Source: Mobula hypostoma
Lineage: Eukaryota
DNA: 64,000 nucleotides
Direction: 5' to 3'
Assembly: GCF_963921235.1 (NCBI RefSeq)
Contig: NC_086113.1
Span: 10,664,001 to 10,728,000 of the forward strand
Below, one piece after another: positions 39,421 through 51,569 of the stretch. The translations under genes and the position numbers were made by a program. Below the pieces are notes generated by a model, which did no database searches, was not told where the DNA came from, and saw only the letters and a list, made by a program, of their open reading frames with translations. Positions within the stretch are counted from its first letter, which is position 1. Each line of letters begins with the position of its first letter.

Positions 39421-42400
39421 CATGCTATAGTTTCCTTTCATATCGTGACTGATACTCGTAGGCTTCCAATTCAAGTCTTTCATTCCAATGTTCTGCTTCT
39501 CCTTCGCCCTTGATCGGTTTCTTTGAGCTACTTCCCTCTGCATTTTCGGAGTTTTATGAATTTATTATTGCCTACAACGTAGCCTAGGGCACACCACCAC
39601 ACACCTACCAAGATACTCATTCTGTTCTTCCTGTTAGAAGCTGAGTTCCAATGCTTTCTTTTTCGACCTTCCCACCTTTCTAACCTTAGTGATGTAGTGA
39701 ACGCTGAAGGCTGTTATGGAGGCGTTTTTTTTTAACTTTCAGTGTGCGTAGCTTAGGGTTATTTGTGCAATAAATTAGAAAATACTCCTAGAATTTGAAG
39801 AGATTTCTAAATTGGTGAAAGGATTGTTAGGTGAACTCTATATTGTTACTTCAGTTGACAACCCTTTGGCCAGATGGCAGTTAATATACACGCACACACG
39901 TGAATATGCAGTATTATCTGTGCTGCGTATGTGCTTCCAGTTACCAACCATCTCTGCACTCAGACACACAAACAAAACGAGAGTCCAGAGTAATTCGAGA
40001 GTAAATAATTTCCCTTAAAATAGAAATTAGAACAAAAATTATTTTGCCAAATATCGGAGTGTAATTACGTAGAATTAAATCATAGCGCTTACACAGGTGA
40101 GTAAAGTTGTGGTTGTTGCTTCAGGGAAAATGGCGGACGGCACGCAGGGCCGAGAGAGCAAAAGACATTTTTGATGTTTGAGCAGTGATTCACAGGGGTT
40201 TCTATTAGTTATTCGTCGAAAAGAAATGAAAAATTCACAACCTTTCCCCGTTGGTTTATTTATGCATGCTTGTGAAACAGTTTCGATCATATAGTAAGAA
40301 CTGGATATAAGGCAAATTACTGACAAGTTCTTAACATTAAATCCCAATAACTCAATACATATGGCGATAACTAGCTCCTAAAGCAAATCGTCGCAGGGTT
40401 TAGGTTTCAGGCGCAGCTGTGGAGAGTCTGATGCGTAATACTCGCTATTTTATGATTTCAATATTTTAAATGCTTTGGGACCATTATGTGCTGCTGTCAA
40501 CAATGGCACATGACTTGTTCTGAAGACAGGAGGTTAAATGTATCTTTGAAAAGCATAGTTTAGCGTTTGAATCGCCCACTTTCAGAAACGCACAAAAGGT
40601 GTCATTTAAAACCTTAGCGCAAGTTTATCCCGCCTGCTGACCTCGGTAGTTTCGTTTTCATTTATAGACCTGAAAAAAATTACAGCTCCAGGTTCATGTC
40701 ATATTCACTGGAATGCTGTGAGTTATGTTTTATTGAAAAATAGGGATGTACAGGGGGACAGAAGGGCCAAGTAGTTCATCAGTGTTAACCGGTCAATAAT
40801 TTTATACGAAACGCGGAGAAAACATTTTGGAATGACCGTTTTGAAAGTAGTTTGAAACTAGTCTCAGTTTGGTCTGCTGAACATCTTCAGCATTTTCTGC
40901 TTTTATTTCAGACTTTCATCATCTGCAGTTCTTGGCTTTTCAGACAGATTCGCTTTGTATTAGGGTGACCGAGTCAAAGAAACCCCATGGAAACAATGGT
41001 TTGCTCGATAGGGCTAACTTCTTTCAGAAAGTAATACTCCGGTGTAAGCAGGGATCCTTAGGATAATTAACCTACCAGAGGAACCCATCAATGACCAAGT
41101 ATCCGAACATTATTTCTAGATTAATTAGTGATCTGTAGGCCTTAGCGAGCTTTATATATCCAATGCAAAAATAATTCAACATTATCAATTTATTCCGCGC
41201 GACAGTTTAAAACTATTCTTTAACCACGGGTATGGTTGTATTTTTAGGAAAATAATAATTAACTGAAAGGTTTGAAGTGGGTTGTTTACTGCCCCTTTCT
41301 CGTGATGCAGGCGCTTTCTGTGGGCTGGGTTTTCAACTCTTCTCCCGGCCTAGTGACCCCCATACATCAAATTACGAGCACTTTCAGAGACAGAGCCTAT
41401 TATCGTTTGGTCGGAAGAAAAGTTCACACCGTGGTCATGAAGAAGAACGCCAGTTTTTCAGGTTCCTGGCGCTTTCCGATCCATCATGCATTTAACAGGT
41501 AGAATTCAAACAGTAAAAAAGAAGGCTTGAAAATTTCCGCCCGACCAAATGGTGACCCGTTAAAAGTGGAACCAACAAAAAAAGCAAGACATTTCTGCTC
41601 GCCAGTCTGGGGAAATCAGGATAGTCAAAACAAACACTAGTTAAATTATTTAGAAAACAATGCACTCAGTGCAGGGCGAGAACTGAAATTCTTGTCCAAG
41701 GCTCAGAGTTTAAGCATTTTAAAACGAAGCTCCTCTCCGGAGCCGCGTAAATACCATTAGTGTCTATCTGGCAGGAATGTTCAAATACTGGTCAACACGG
41801 AAATACAGTCTGCAATAAAGTTTGGTAATAGTTTTAAAGAGTTACTTAAAAGGTACTTTGCCGATAATTAACTTTATAGTTATCAATTTAATCGTAATCA
41901 TAAATTAAAACTTTGCACAAGTTAGTGTTTACTTTTTGTATTTATCCTTGCTGAAAAGTTAGCGTTCCAAAAACTGCTTTCCTTTGGTTTTATTTTTTTG
42001 AACAAATATTTCAAATGATTCAATCATTTGTGTGAGCTTATGTCAATATATCTGCTTTATATAATGATCGGCCTATTTAAAATCGACCAATTTAAACGGA
42101 TATACACAAATCAAAAATCACAAAGCATTAGTTTTAACATTTGTTTTATTCGCACGCAGTGTTTCTTTTTAACTACCTAAGGAAAAAAAAACCGTCTGCT
42201 TTTAGGTCAACCTCCCGAAATCCATGGTTCACAGGAAACCAGAAGTAGTATTGTATTTCCATAATCAGACAAAATAAAACAAGAAACCAGAATCTGAAGG
42301 AACTCAATGTTTGGTTCTCACCCACACTGAGCATTTAGTGCTGAGGGTCAGTTTTAAACTGCTGTTATACTGAGAACGCCTAGGGCTAAGCTGTGTGACC

Positions 42401-42623
42401 AAATATTGCTGCACACTTTTTTCATTTATGGCTTTGATGTCAGCTGCTATTGAGAGTAAGATGGATTTGTACCATTTCACCATTATGGTTTTGTTTGTTG
42501 TAACCCTAGGTCTACCCGAAGAGGCCATTGGAAGAAGAGTCACGTGACACCGGGTGCCAATGTTATTCTATAAGGGTGTCAAGACCCTGTCAGTTTGCGA
42601 AATAAATATTGGGAAGCAACGAG

Positions 42624-43080
42624 ATGCAAAAAGCAACATACTACGACAGCTCTGCGATTTTCGGTGGTTACACGTACCAAGGAGCAAATGGTTTTAACTA
42701 CAATGCCAGCCAGCAGCAATATCCGCCTTCATCTCATGTGGAAAATGACTACCACCGGCCTGCCTGCTCTCTACAGTCACCTGCAAGCTCTGCCCCTCAT
42801 CACAAGCCCAATGATCTTAATGAGAGCTGCATGCGAACCAGTGCCAACCAAACGAGCCATCTCCCTGTTATTGCAGAGCAACAGAAGCCGCAACCACCTC
42901 CACCACCCCCACCCCCACCATCTGTATCCCCACCCCAAAATGCCAGCAGCAACTCAAATCAATCTAGCACAAGCAAAAACCCCACACTTACCTCACAAAC
43001 CACCATTAGTAAACAAATATTCCCTTGGATGAAAGAGTCACGCCAAAATGCCAAGCAAAAGACCAGCAGTTCTAGTTCAG
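42624..43080 (+). CDS. hoxa3: Hox-A3 coding exon 1 (join 42624..43080,44575..45347; 409 aa)
   Basis: Starts [16 protein letters not shown], has a poly-Pro run and [13 protein letters not shown], donor G|GTATAA. Confidence 0.96.
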
Positions 43081-43313
43081 GTATAACTTAACCTGTTTTT
43101 CTTTTGACTTACTTGTCATGACAGAGTTGCAATGAGTACATGCTAACAAAGTCAATCTCATTATCACTATCACAGGTGGTCAAGCAAATAATTGTGTGGC
43201 TTATGTAGCCTTTAAAAGTGGTTTGAACATTTTCACACAATAATTAGACAAAGAACCAATAAATTTCATTATTTCCAAAATGTAGTTTAGGTAAATTAAG
43301 GTACATATTTATC

Positions 43314-43440
43314 CATATCTATATCTATCTATCTATCAGCTTATATCTATCTATTTATATCTATAATCTATCTATCTATGTATGCATATGTATATGTGTA
43401 TTTGTATGTATATGTGTATACGTATGTGTGTGAGAGAGCG
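43314..43440 (+). repeat. Compound (TATC)n/(TATG)n/(TG)(AG) microsatellite in the HoxA3 intron
   Basis: Read directly from the sequence. Confidence 0.9.
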
Positions 43441-44574
43441 AGAAGCAATTATATCTCACCTTCTCTCCACAGCCCTGTTGAACCCTCTTCCCCCATTCTT
43501 TTCTCTCTCTTTCCCACTGATCTTTTATCTCTAACATATTTAAAATCTTAGCACAACTTTGTTCTACTTCATTTATACTGGGTTTATTTGAATATTATAT
43601 TTGTTATTTATGTATATGTTCATACTGATCAGAAGTTAGAATCATATATATATATATATAACCTGTTCTAATTTCAATAATGTCCAGATGGGTAGTTAAG
43701 TATGTCTTCAATCCAAGGATTGGACAGTGAATAGCATAATCTTCATTTCATTTCAAGGTTTAATGACCAGTATAAATGTGGTTTAACTTAAATTATCTGT
43801 TATCTAAATGCAATCCCTGAAAATATATGTATTATTATATGATTAATAGCATGATTTGTGGACAGCCGTGATTCTTTTATAAATTAAAATGGCTTGGAAA
43901 TATTTAAAATTTAGATTTGCATCTGTGGTCACAACCAAATATATGCAAACATATATTTATATTCACAAGCTGAGAAATACATTAATAAGAGCTTTGATAA
44001 ATTTTCTGTAAACCATAACAACATATGGCATTGCAATTGAAAATTGTGATCAGTAGTTATGAATTATCATTATCCATATTGAATATATTTTTGTTCATTT
44101 ATTGGATGTGTGCATTGCTGGCAAGAGCTGAATTTATTGCCTATCCATAATTGCCTTTGATTATGTGTGGTGAACCACCTTCTTGAACCACTGAAAATTA
44201 TATGCAATCCAGTGCTTTTTTTAAGTAACCACTCAATAACTTGAAATAACATGCCATGTTAGAAACTGTAGTGACATAAACAAGCATATCTCTTGTAGAG
44301 GCTGAAGGACACTTCAAGTTGGTTTGTTAGTATTTTATATAAAGTAGATCAGGTGCTAGAAATCAGTGTTCATTTCTAAATATAACTCAATATTATGATT
44401 ACCTATGTATGTATTCAGTATAGCCCAGAGTAGCATGTGTTACAGTTCTTAAAGGTCCAATGGCCAATTTTATTTGTAACTTCTTAAAAATATAAAGTAG
44501 ATAGATACTTAGATATGTAGATATTGATGTATATCCTTACAGATGTACTTAATGGCCATTTCCTTTATTTATAG

Positions 44575-45347
44575 TTGAAAGTTCTGCTGGTGAGAAAAGT
44601 CCACCTGGCCCAGCGTCCAAGAGGGCACGCACAGCCTACACCAGTGCCCAGCTGGTGGAATTGGAGAAGGAGTTTCATTTTAATCGCTACCTTTGTAGGC
44701 CCCGGAGGGTCGAAATGGCCAATTTGTTAAACCTCACTGAAAGACAAATCAAAATCTGGTTCCAGAATCGTAGAATGAAGTACAAGAAAGATCAGAAGGC
44801 AAAAGGTATGCTAACTTCCTCTGGAGGACAGTCGCCATGCAGAAGCCCCATCCCGCCTTCCGCAGCGGGAGGATATGCAAACTCGATGCATTCCTTGGCG
44901 ACCAGTGCACCCTATGATCCTCACTCACCTACTTCCTTCAGCAAACCTCATCAAAATGCATATGGTATTCCTACATCTTATCCTGGGCCTCTCAACAATT
45001 GCCCACCTCCACAGAAGAGATACGCTGGGACAACAGCTGTGACACCTGAATATGACTCGCACCCTCTTCAAGGTAATGGCAGCTATGGGACTCCTCATTT
45101 ACAGGGTAGCCCAGTGTATGTTGGAGGGAACTTTGTAGAATCCATGCCAAGCTCTGGGCCTTCTCTTTTCAGCTTAACCCACCTTGGCCACCCTCCCTCT
45201 GGAAGCATGGACTATAACGGTGGAGGGCCAATGACCAGCAACCATCATCATGGACCTTGTGACCCACATCCCACATACACAGACCTTTCTTCACACCATC
45301 CGTCTCAGGGAAGAATTCAGGAAGCACCGAAACTGACCCATCTGTAA
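44575..45347 (+). CDS. hoxa3: Hox-A3 coding exon 2 (homeodomain and C-terminal domain)
   Basis: Acceptor TTTATAG ends at 44574. Contains [38 protein letters not shown] and ends [13 protein letters not shown]. Confidence 0.96.
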
Positions 45348-45630
45348 TGGACCGGTTGGCTCCTGGTGTACTATCACTGTCTTATGCATTTATGTCATCT
45401 TAAACTTATGATTACATTTCTCCTTTCACCTCTTTCTCCTTTTTGATTTAGTATCAATCTTTATAGTTTACATGTAATGGTGTTTCTATAGACAACCAAT
45501 CCTTGCTTGTATTGCTCTGTCTCTGGTTCGTGGTTGTTCTTCTCATGGACTCCAGCCTTAGCATTCAGTAGTAGAAGTGAAGTACTAAGGCTTCCAGAAC
45601 TTTGCATATATAATCTTCTACTCTTATGGA

Positions 45631-45778
45631 ACAGGGTATATGAACAAATTTTCTAAAAAAAATACCTAAACGTGAATTTGTTCGTGCTTTATTTTTCCTT
45701 ATGAGGAACAGTAAAATGGTTTATATTGCACTTCTTTACATTGAATGGTTAAACGAGATCGATGCGCTTGTACAGGGT
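45631..45778 (+). promoter_or_regulatory. Two miR-10 target sites in the HoxA3 3' UTR
   Basis: ACAGGGTA (8mer, 45631) and ACAGGGT (7mer-m8, 45772). Confidence 0.7.
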
Positions 45779-48209
45779 CTCCCTGGGCAAATAGAAATTC
45801 TTGTCCATCTTTCAGTATGTGTGTATGCTGGTGAACATTCAAATTTATTTATTTGCTCTTTCAAAGGAGAATAATCTAAGTGTTTAAAATATTATTTATC
45901 CCCATTGACACATATTTATAAAGAAAACTGTACATTAACTATTTACTTGGTTATGTTCAGCCTTGTGTTTTAAGTCATGGTAAATATATGTTTCTTTTTA
46001 AATTCCTGTAAGATACACAGAAAAGTAGTTTTCTGTCCATAATGTAATAAAGGAAAGCAATTTGGTCAATTGTGGGAATAATGCCAAGGAAACAGAATTT
46101 AGTCTGTAACTGTAGTATTCTTAAAATGAAACACAACATTGCCACAATTTTGTTTTAGATATGCATTCCATGCTGCAAATGAAATACCCGTTGAACAGCT
46201 AGTTCTGAAGAATAAATTTTTTTTGTCAGCAATATTGTGTTGCTTGAAATATTAACTCTGCTCAAATCAATGCACTATTTTCCTTCTGAAATGCTTGTAA
46301 AAATGCAAACCAGCTCAGCAACACACAGTAAAGCACACAGCCCTGTAATCAGGTTTCCTTTGTGTTGTGTGGCTACAACCAAGTCTTCCACCCCCACACT
46401 GTAACATCATCCATTTTCATGTGGCTGGCATCTGTCTCCAATGCTGCATTTATTGAAGTCCAAAAGGGAAGGGACTCTCTCTGCCCCCCCCCCCCCATGT
46501 AGGAAATGAAAAACTCTACAAGAAAATAGTGTTGGATTTATTATATTTAATAATTAATAATAGTTTGTTTGATCAAGACAAATACACACTACAAATAAAA
46601 GGTACAGATAGTACACTGCACAGAAAATATTTCACCATCGGAGAGAAGCCCAGCTATTGTCGCCTCGTTCGTTTTCCAACGTACAATGCATGTGCTGAGA
46701 GGAGAAAGAAAAAAGAAAATGTCAGGATTCAGAAACGTTTGTCACTCATGGTTTTAAATTAATATCTGATTTAGAAACATTGCTGGAAAAGATTTTAACT
46801 CTAGCTGATGAATGCATAAAATTCGTACACAAGCCGATTCTAAATAATGAAGAAAGAAAAACAGTCATGCATTCGGGTTGAGACACTTAAGCGCCTACCG
46901 TTCAACGTAAAAAAGACTAGAACGAACAATGTTGGCTTATTTATTTTAAAATGCCCTTTTAATTTTCAAAGTTAATGAAGTTATCACTTACTACTTCAGC
47001 TATAATCAGTTGCACCTAAGTTATAAACTGTAATGTAAACTCCATACAGTAATTCAATAGTTACAGCAACTAATGTTAGTTCAGGATTTTTTTCTTCCCA
47101 TTGCATGTTTCCCCGAGTCAAGAACTGAAAATAAAAGTATCCGGATAGACTTCCTTGTTGTCAGATAGTTACTTAAAATTACTTTTATGTAGTTTATTAA
47201 TTTTCAAATAAGGCATTTTAATTCCAGGCATGCATTAATAATCACATAACCTTATGATCTATCAAACTACGTCTCAATATATATGTGTGCAGTGTATATT
47301 GATATATAGGCAGAAATATGGTTTTGGAGAATTTATTAACGCGCTGCAAATTTTCCCGTGTGCTTCTAAAAATGTGGAAGAAACAAGAAAAAGAGAGCTT
47401 ATACTTGGTATGCTACATTTTCAATAAAAGGAATTAGTTTCCATTTGATAGAGCAGGAGTGCTCAGAAAGGAGACGCCATGTTGTCGGTGTCCTCTCTGT
47501 CGGAGTTTCCCAAAGGATATGTGGTCTAATTTATCTTCCTATCCAAAATACACGCACGACCTTCTTTACTCGAGTCGCAATGCTTTAAAAGTGATACTAT
47601 TAAAGTGCGGACCATGGAATTGAACTGTAACCTGGGCTGCAATACTCCAAGAATTTATTATAAAGCACGAGTTTCGTAAATTCAGATCGAACGAAATCAT
47701 TACGGGTAACCTGAGAAGAAACCTCAACATTTTTTTCGCGCATATTAGCTATAAATAATGTATTTTAACGAGAGCACCTTTCTGATGTGATTTTGCTGTA
47801 ATTTTGTACAATTGAAAACTAAAATCCCATTTAATTGATAATGAAAGGTTAAATCGCAACGAAACAGTCCTTAAAAGAGCCATTCTAACTCAATATTTAT
47901 CGTTAAATGATATTTTAAACTTTCAAATTTGAATTAATTTAAATACTTAAAACGCTTATAACAAACCATTACTCCCAGAACACAGTAAGGATTTACCCAT
48001 AACAAGTGACAATCTAGCTAGCGTTTTAATAGGACTTGTATGTTTTCTTCAAAATATTTGAGATGCAATAGTGAACGATTCTCCCCGCATATCTATCCTT
48101 TGCTACAGTTTGCAAATGGCAAAGTTATTCATAAAATCAGCATTTCCGAATCTTAAAATATACTTCTTTTTATTCCATACCATTTGGTGTTGCTAACAAA
48201 CTGATTTGC

Positions 48210-48640
48210 TTTCGCCCACATATCCTTGCCACAGAGACCCTGAAAATTTGCAGAACGCCAACGCCTACTCAAGTTTCACATACAAAAGCTCCATTTAATT
48301 GCAAAAAGCTCTTTTCATTTGTACGTTAGCACCAAAAAAAATCATCATTACAAACTTGAAAGAGGGAAAATTAGTGTTAATGATTAAATGTTTCTTTTTA
48401 AACGAACTCACCGCTTGGTGTAATAATAGAGTAGCGCTGACTATGGTATGAGGGTAAGCAAAATACTCCCTGCAACAATTTTAAGCACCATAACAGGGTT
48501 CTCACATTCTTGATGATATTCGACATTGCAGCGAGAAGCTTTAAATGTGTTCTTGGGGGCCAGAAGCTGTCAGACCTTTAGCCGAGCAAGATTGATAGCG
48601 CGCATACTTCCTTTCAGCTTTGTTTGCGGTATAAGCAATA
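48210..48640 (+). promoter_or_regulatory. HoxA2 upstream r3/r5 and neural-crest enhancer
   Basis: Egr2/Krox20-like CGCCCACAT (48213) and CGCCAACGC (48256), Sox/BoxA-like ACAAAAG, Meis CTGTCA (48567) and Pbx/Hox AGATTGAT (48589), in the known order. Confidence 0.75.
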
Positions 48641-49689
48641 CTGAGGCCCAGCAAACCACTACCATTTCCATTTTGCCTGTTCCAATAAATTCCCAGCACC
48701 CTTGAATTCCTCGTTCGCGAAAGATATTTTGTCGACGTGCTGGTGTATTTATAAAATACTGCGTGGGCATAACGAATATAAGTGTATCGTGACTTAGCGT
48801 TCATCCCCTCCCCCGCCCCACCACCACACCCGCCCTTCACAATTTATATTAAAGTATAACTAATTTTATAAAGATAATTTAAAGATAAATTCTTGAAAGC
48901 AGACGATCAGTTTACTGCTTCAGTTATGCTACGAAAAGTCGCGTTTAACTGAAACTTTCGTTTCATATAAAATAAAGTCATATCTTTATTCTATCTATTC
49001 ATCTGTTTTTCTATTCCTGCGAGTTTATCAGCGTGGATGCTTGAGTGTACATGTGTGTCGGTGCTTTGCGAATGATTTAAATTCAGTGGCCTACTATCAC
49101 GAAGAGCTAATCCGCAGATGTTACAGATTTCACAAAATAAGATTATACAATACCTTCAGTAATATGCCTTTTTTTCGTTGGCCATAAATAAACGGCTATT
49201 TAAAAAAATCATGTAATGTTGTATCCAGAATCACCACCACATTCGATGTCCTGCGTGAATTATTGCCTCCATACAGAATAAAAATCAAAGAATATCCGGT
49301 ACAGTACAAATATAATAATGGGGGGACCGAACTCCCAGCGAAAGCATGGAAGCAAATGGCTGTAGCTTCGCCTTGTGTAACTTCTTATGTGGCTGGGTTC
49401 TGGGGTCCAATGTCAAAACTTTGAAGATTAATGGATTACTTTGTTAATGACTCTAGGCGTCAGATTTAGGTGCAAGATGATTTGTGAGGTGCAAGTCGTC
49501 TTCGTGACAGTCGGTAACACACAGAGAAAAAGGAGCCAGCAAGTGTGCAGGAGACAGAGAGGGAGACAGTAAGAAACAAGCAGGGCTGTGTGAACTGATT
49601 ACCAGGAGCTTTAAAACTGAAATCTTTTACACATTTATTATGGGAAGATATCAAAAAGTAGAAATCAAAACACCGCTGGCCCAGAATGA

Positions 49690-49885
49690 GGCGTTCCTCT
49701 CTGACTTTTTGGATCAATCACATAGACAGTGCCTTCTTTTGATTAAACCCCAAATTGTCATTGGGCAGACGCAATCATGTGACAGCGAATTCGGTCCAAT
49801 TTCAACCTTGTCTCCATGAATTCAATAGTTTAATAGTAGCACGGTCCCCATACGGCTGTAATCAGTGAATTAGAAAAAAAACAGC
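49690..49885 (+). promoter_or_regulatory. HoxA2 highly conserved proximal promoter and 5' UTR
   Basis: ATTGG (49760), CATGTGAC (49776), CCAAT, and the characteristic CCCCATACGGCTGTAATCAGTGAATTAG block. Confidence 0.75.
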
Positions 49886-49964
49886 AGCGATATTTATTTT
49901 TTTAAAACGGCCCAAAAAATAACTAACACCTAACTTTCTCCCCCTACGTTCTGTGGAGACGGCA

Positions 49965-50316
49965 ATGAATTACGAATTTGAACGAGAAATTGGTTTTATC
50001 AATAGCCAGCCGTCGCTTGCTGAGTGCCTGACATCTTTTCCCCCTGTCGGTGATACATTTCAAAGTTCATCAATCAAGAACTCGACGCTTTCACACTCGA
50101 CAGTGATTCCTCCTCCTTTTGAGCAAACCATCCCTAGCCTGAATCCCAGCAGTCACCCTCGCCAAAGCCGGCCAAAACAGAGCCCAAATGGCACAAGTCC
50201 TTTACCAGCCGCGTCTCTACCTCCGGAGTACCCCTGGATGAAAGAGAAAAAAAACTCCAAGAAGAATCACCTGCCCGCTTCTTCTGGACCGGCAGAATCC
50301 CGTCTTTCCCAAAAAG
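49965..50316 (+). CDS. hoxa2: Hox-A2 exon 1 (join 49965..50316,50830..51569; 363 aa)
   Basis: Starts [38 protein letters not shown], contains [10 protein letters not shown], donor G|GTCAGC. Confidence 0.97.
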
Positions 50317-50454
50317 GTCAGCTCAAAGACGTTTCATTTCTAATGATTGTCTTAACTTAGTCTAACTTATTTGCATGAAGTGTTTAATCAGTTTTATTTT
50401 GGCTACTAGGTAATAATTATGAAATCGAAGCACTTTCGCCTACTTATTTAATGG

Positions 50455-50555
50455 AGAATGATTTATTTGGCGAGCTAGTCAGAAAATGACCTTCTGTGCT
50501 CTCCCCATCCCAGAGTTTTTATATTTGACAGTAATGAAGAGTGATAGATGAGCGC
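50455..50555 (+). promoter_or_regulatory. HoxA2 intronic r4 enhancer (Pbx/Hox plus Prep/Meis)
   Basis: TGATTTAT (50459), TGACAG (50526) and TGATAGAT (50542). Confidence 0.75.
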
Positions 50556-50829
50556 GCTTTCATGGTAAAGCAGCGGATACAGAGATCACCAAATGTGCAA
50601 AGACTGTTGCGAACTTTGCTATAAGATTGGGGCTACTGCACACGTGGATTTTACAATATCTTTAATATTTTAGAAAGAAGCAGACGCCACAGTCGCAGAC
50701 TCTGAAACAATGGATTTGCTGCATTCAGGCGGCCATTTTGTTGCAGTGAACAGATTATTTTTTATATTATTTTGGTTCAAGTGGTTATAATCTGTTTCAT
50801 GATTAATTTTCGCGTCCGTTTATTTGTAG

Positions 50830-51569
50830 AAACTCGTGAAATTCCGGATAATACAGGTGGGGGATCGCGGAGGTTAAGGACAGCTTATACAAACACACAG
50901 CTTTTGGAACTGGAGAAAGAATTTCACTTCAACAAGTATCTGTGTCGACCCAGGCGGGTGGAGATCGCAGCCTTGCTCGATTTGACTGAAAGACAAGTGA
51001 AAGTGTGGTTTCAGAACAGACGAATGAAGCACAAAAGACAGACCCAATGCAAAGAGAACCAAAACGGAGATGGTAAATTTAAGAATTTGGAGGACAGTGG
51101 GCAGACTGAAGATGACGAAGAGAAGTCACTCTTCGAGCAGGGCATCAACAATGTTACTGGCGCTCTTTTGGATAGGGAAGGGTATACTTTTCAAACCAAT
51201 GCACTGACTCAACAGCAGGCCCAGAATTTACACAATGGAGAATCCCAAAGTTTCCCAGTTTCGCCTTTACCCAGCAATGAGAAAAATCTAAAACATTTTC
51301 ATCAACAGTCACCCACTGTTCAAAACTGCCTGTCAACAATGGCCCAGAACTGTGCAGCTGGCCTGAACAATGACAGTCCAGAGGCCCTTGATGTCCCTTC
51401 TTTACAGGATTTTAATGTGTTTTCTACAGAATCCTGCTTACAGCTTTCAGACGGAGTATCGCCGAGTTTACCAGGGTCCCTGGACAGCCCTGTGGATCTT
51501 TCTGCTGACAGTTTTGACTTTTTTACGGATACTCTAACTACAATCGATTTGCAACATTTGAACTACTAA
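50830..51569 (+). CDS. hoxa2: Hox-A2 exon 2 (homeodomain)
   Basis: Acceptor TTGTAG ends at 50829. Contains [31 protein letters not shown] and ends [10 protein letters not shown]. Confidence 0.97.

Noticed and set aside
44533-44574. Alternative acceptor CCTTACAG 32 nt upstream of HoxA3 exon 2
   Set aside because: It would frameshift the homeodomain, and only the 44575 acceptor restores the conserved frame.
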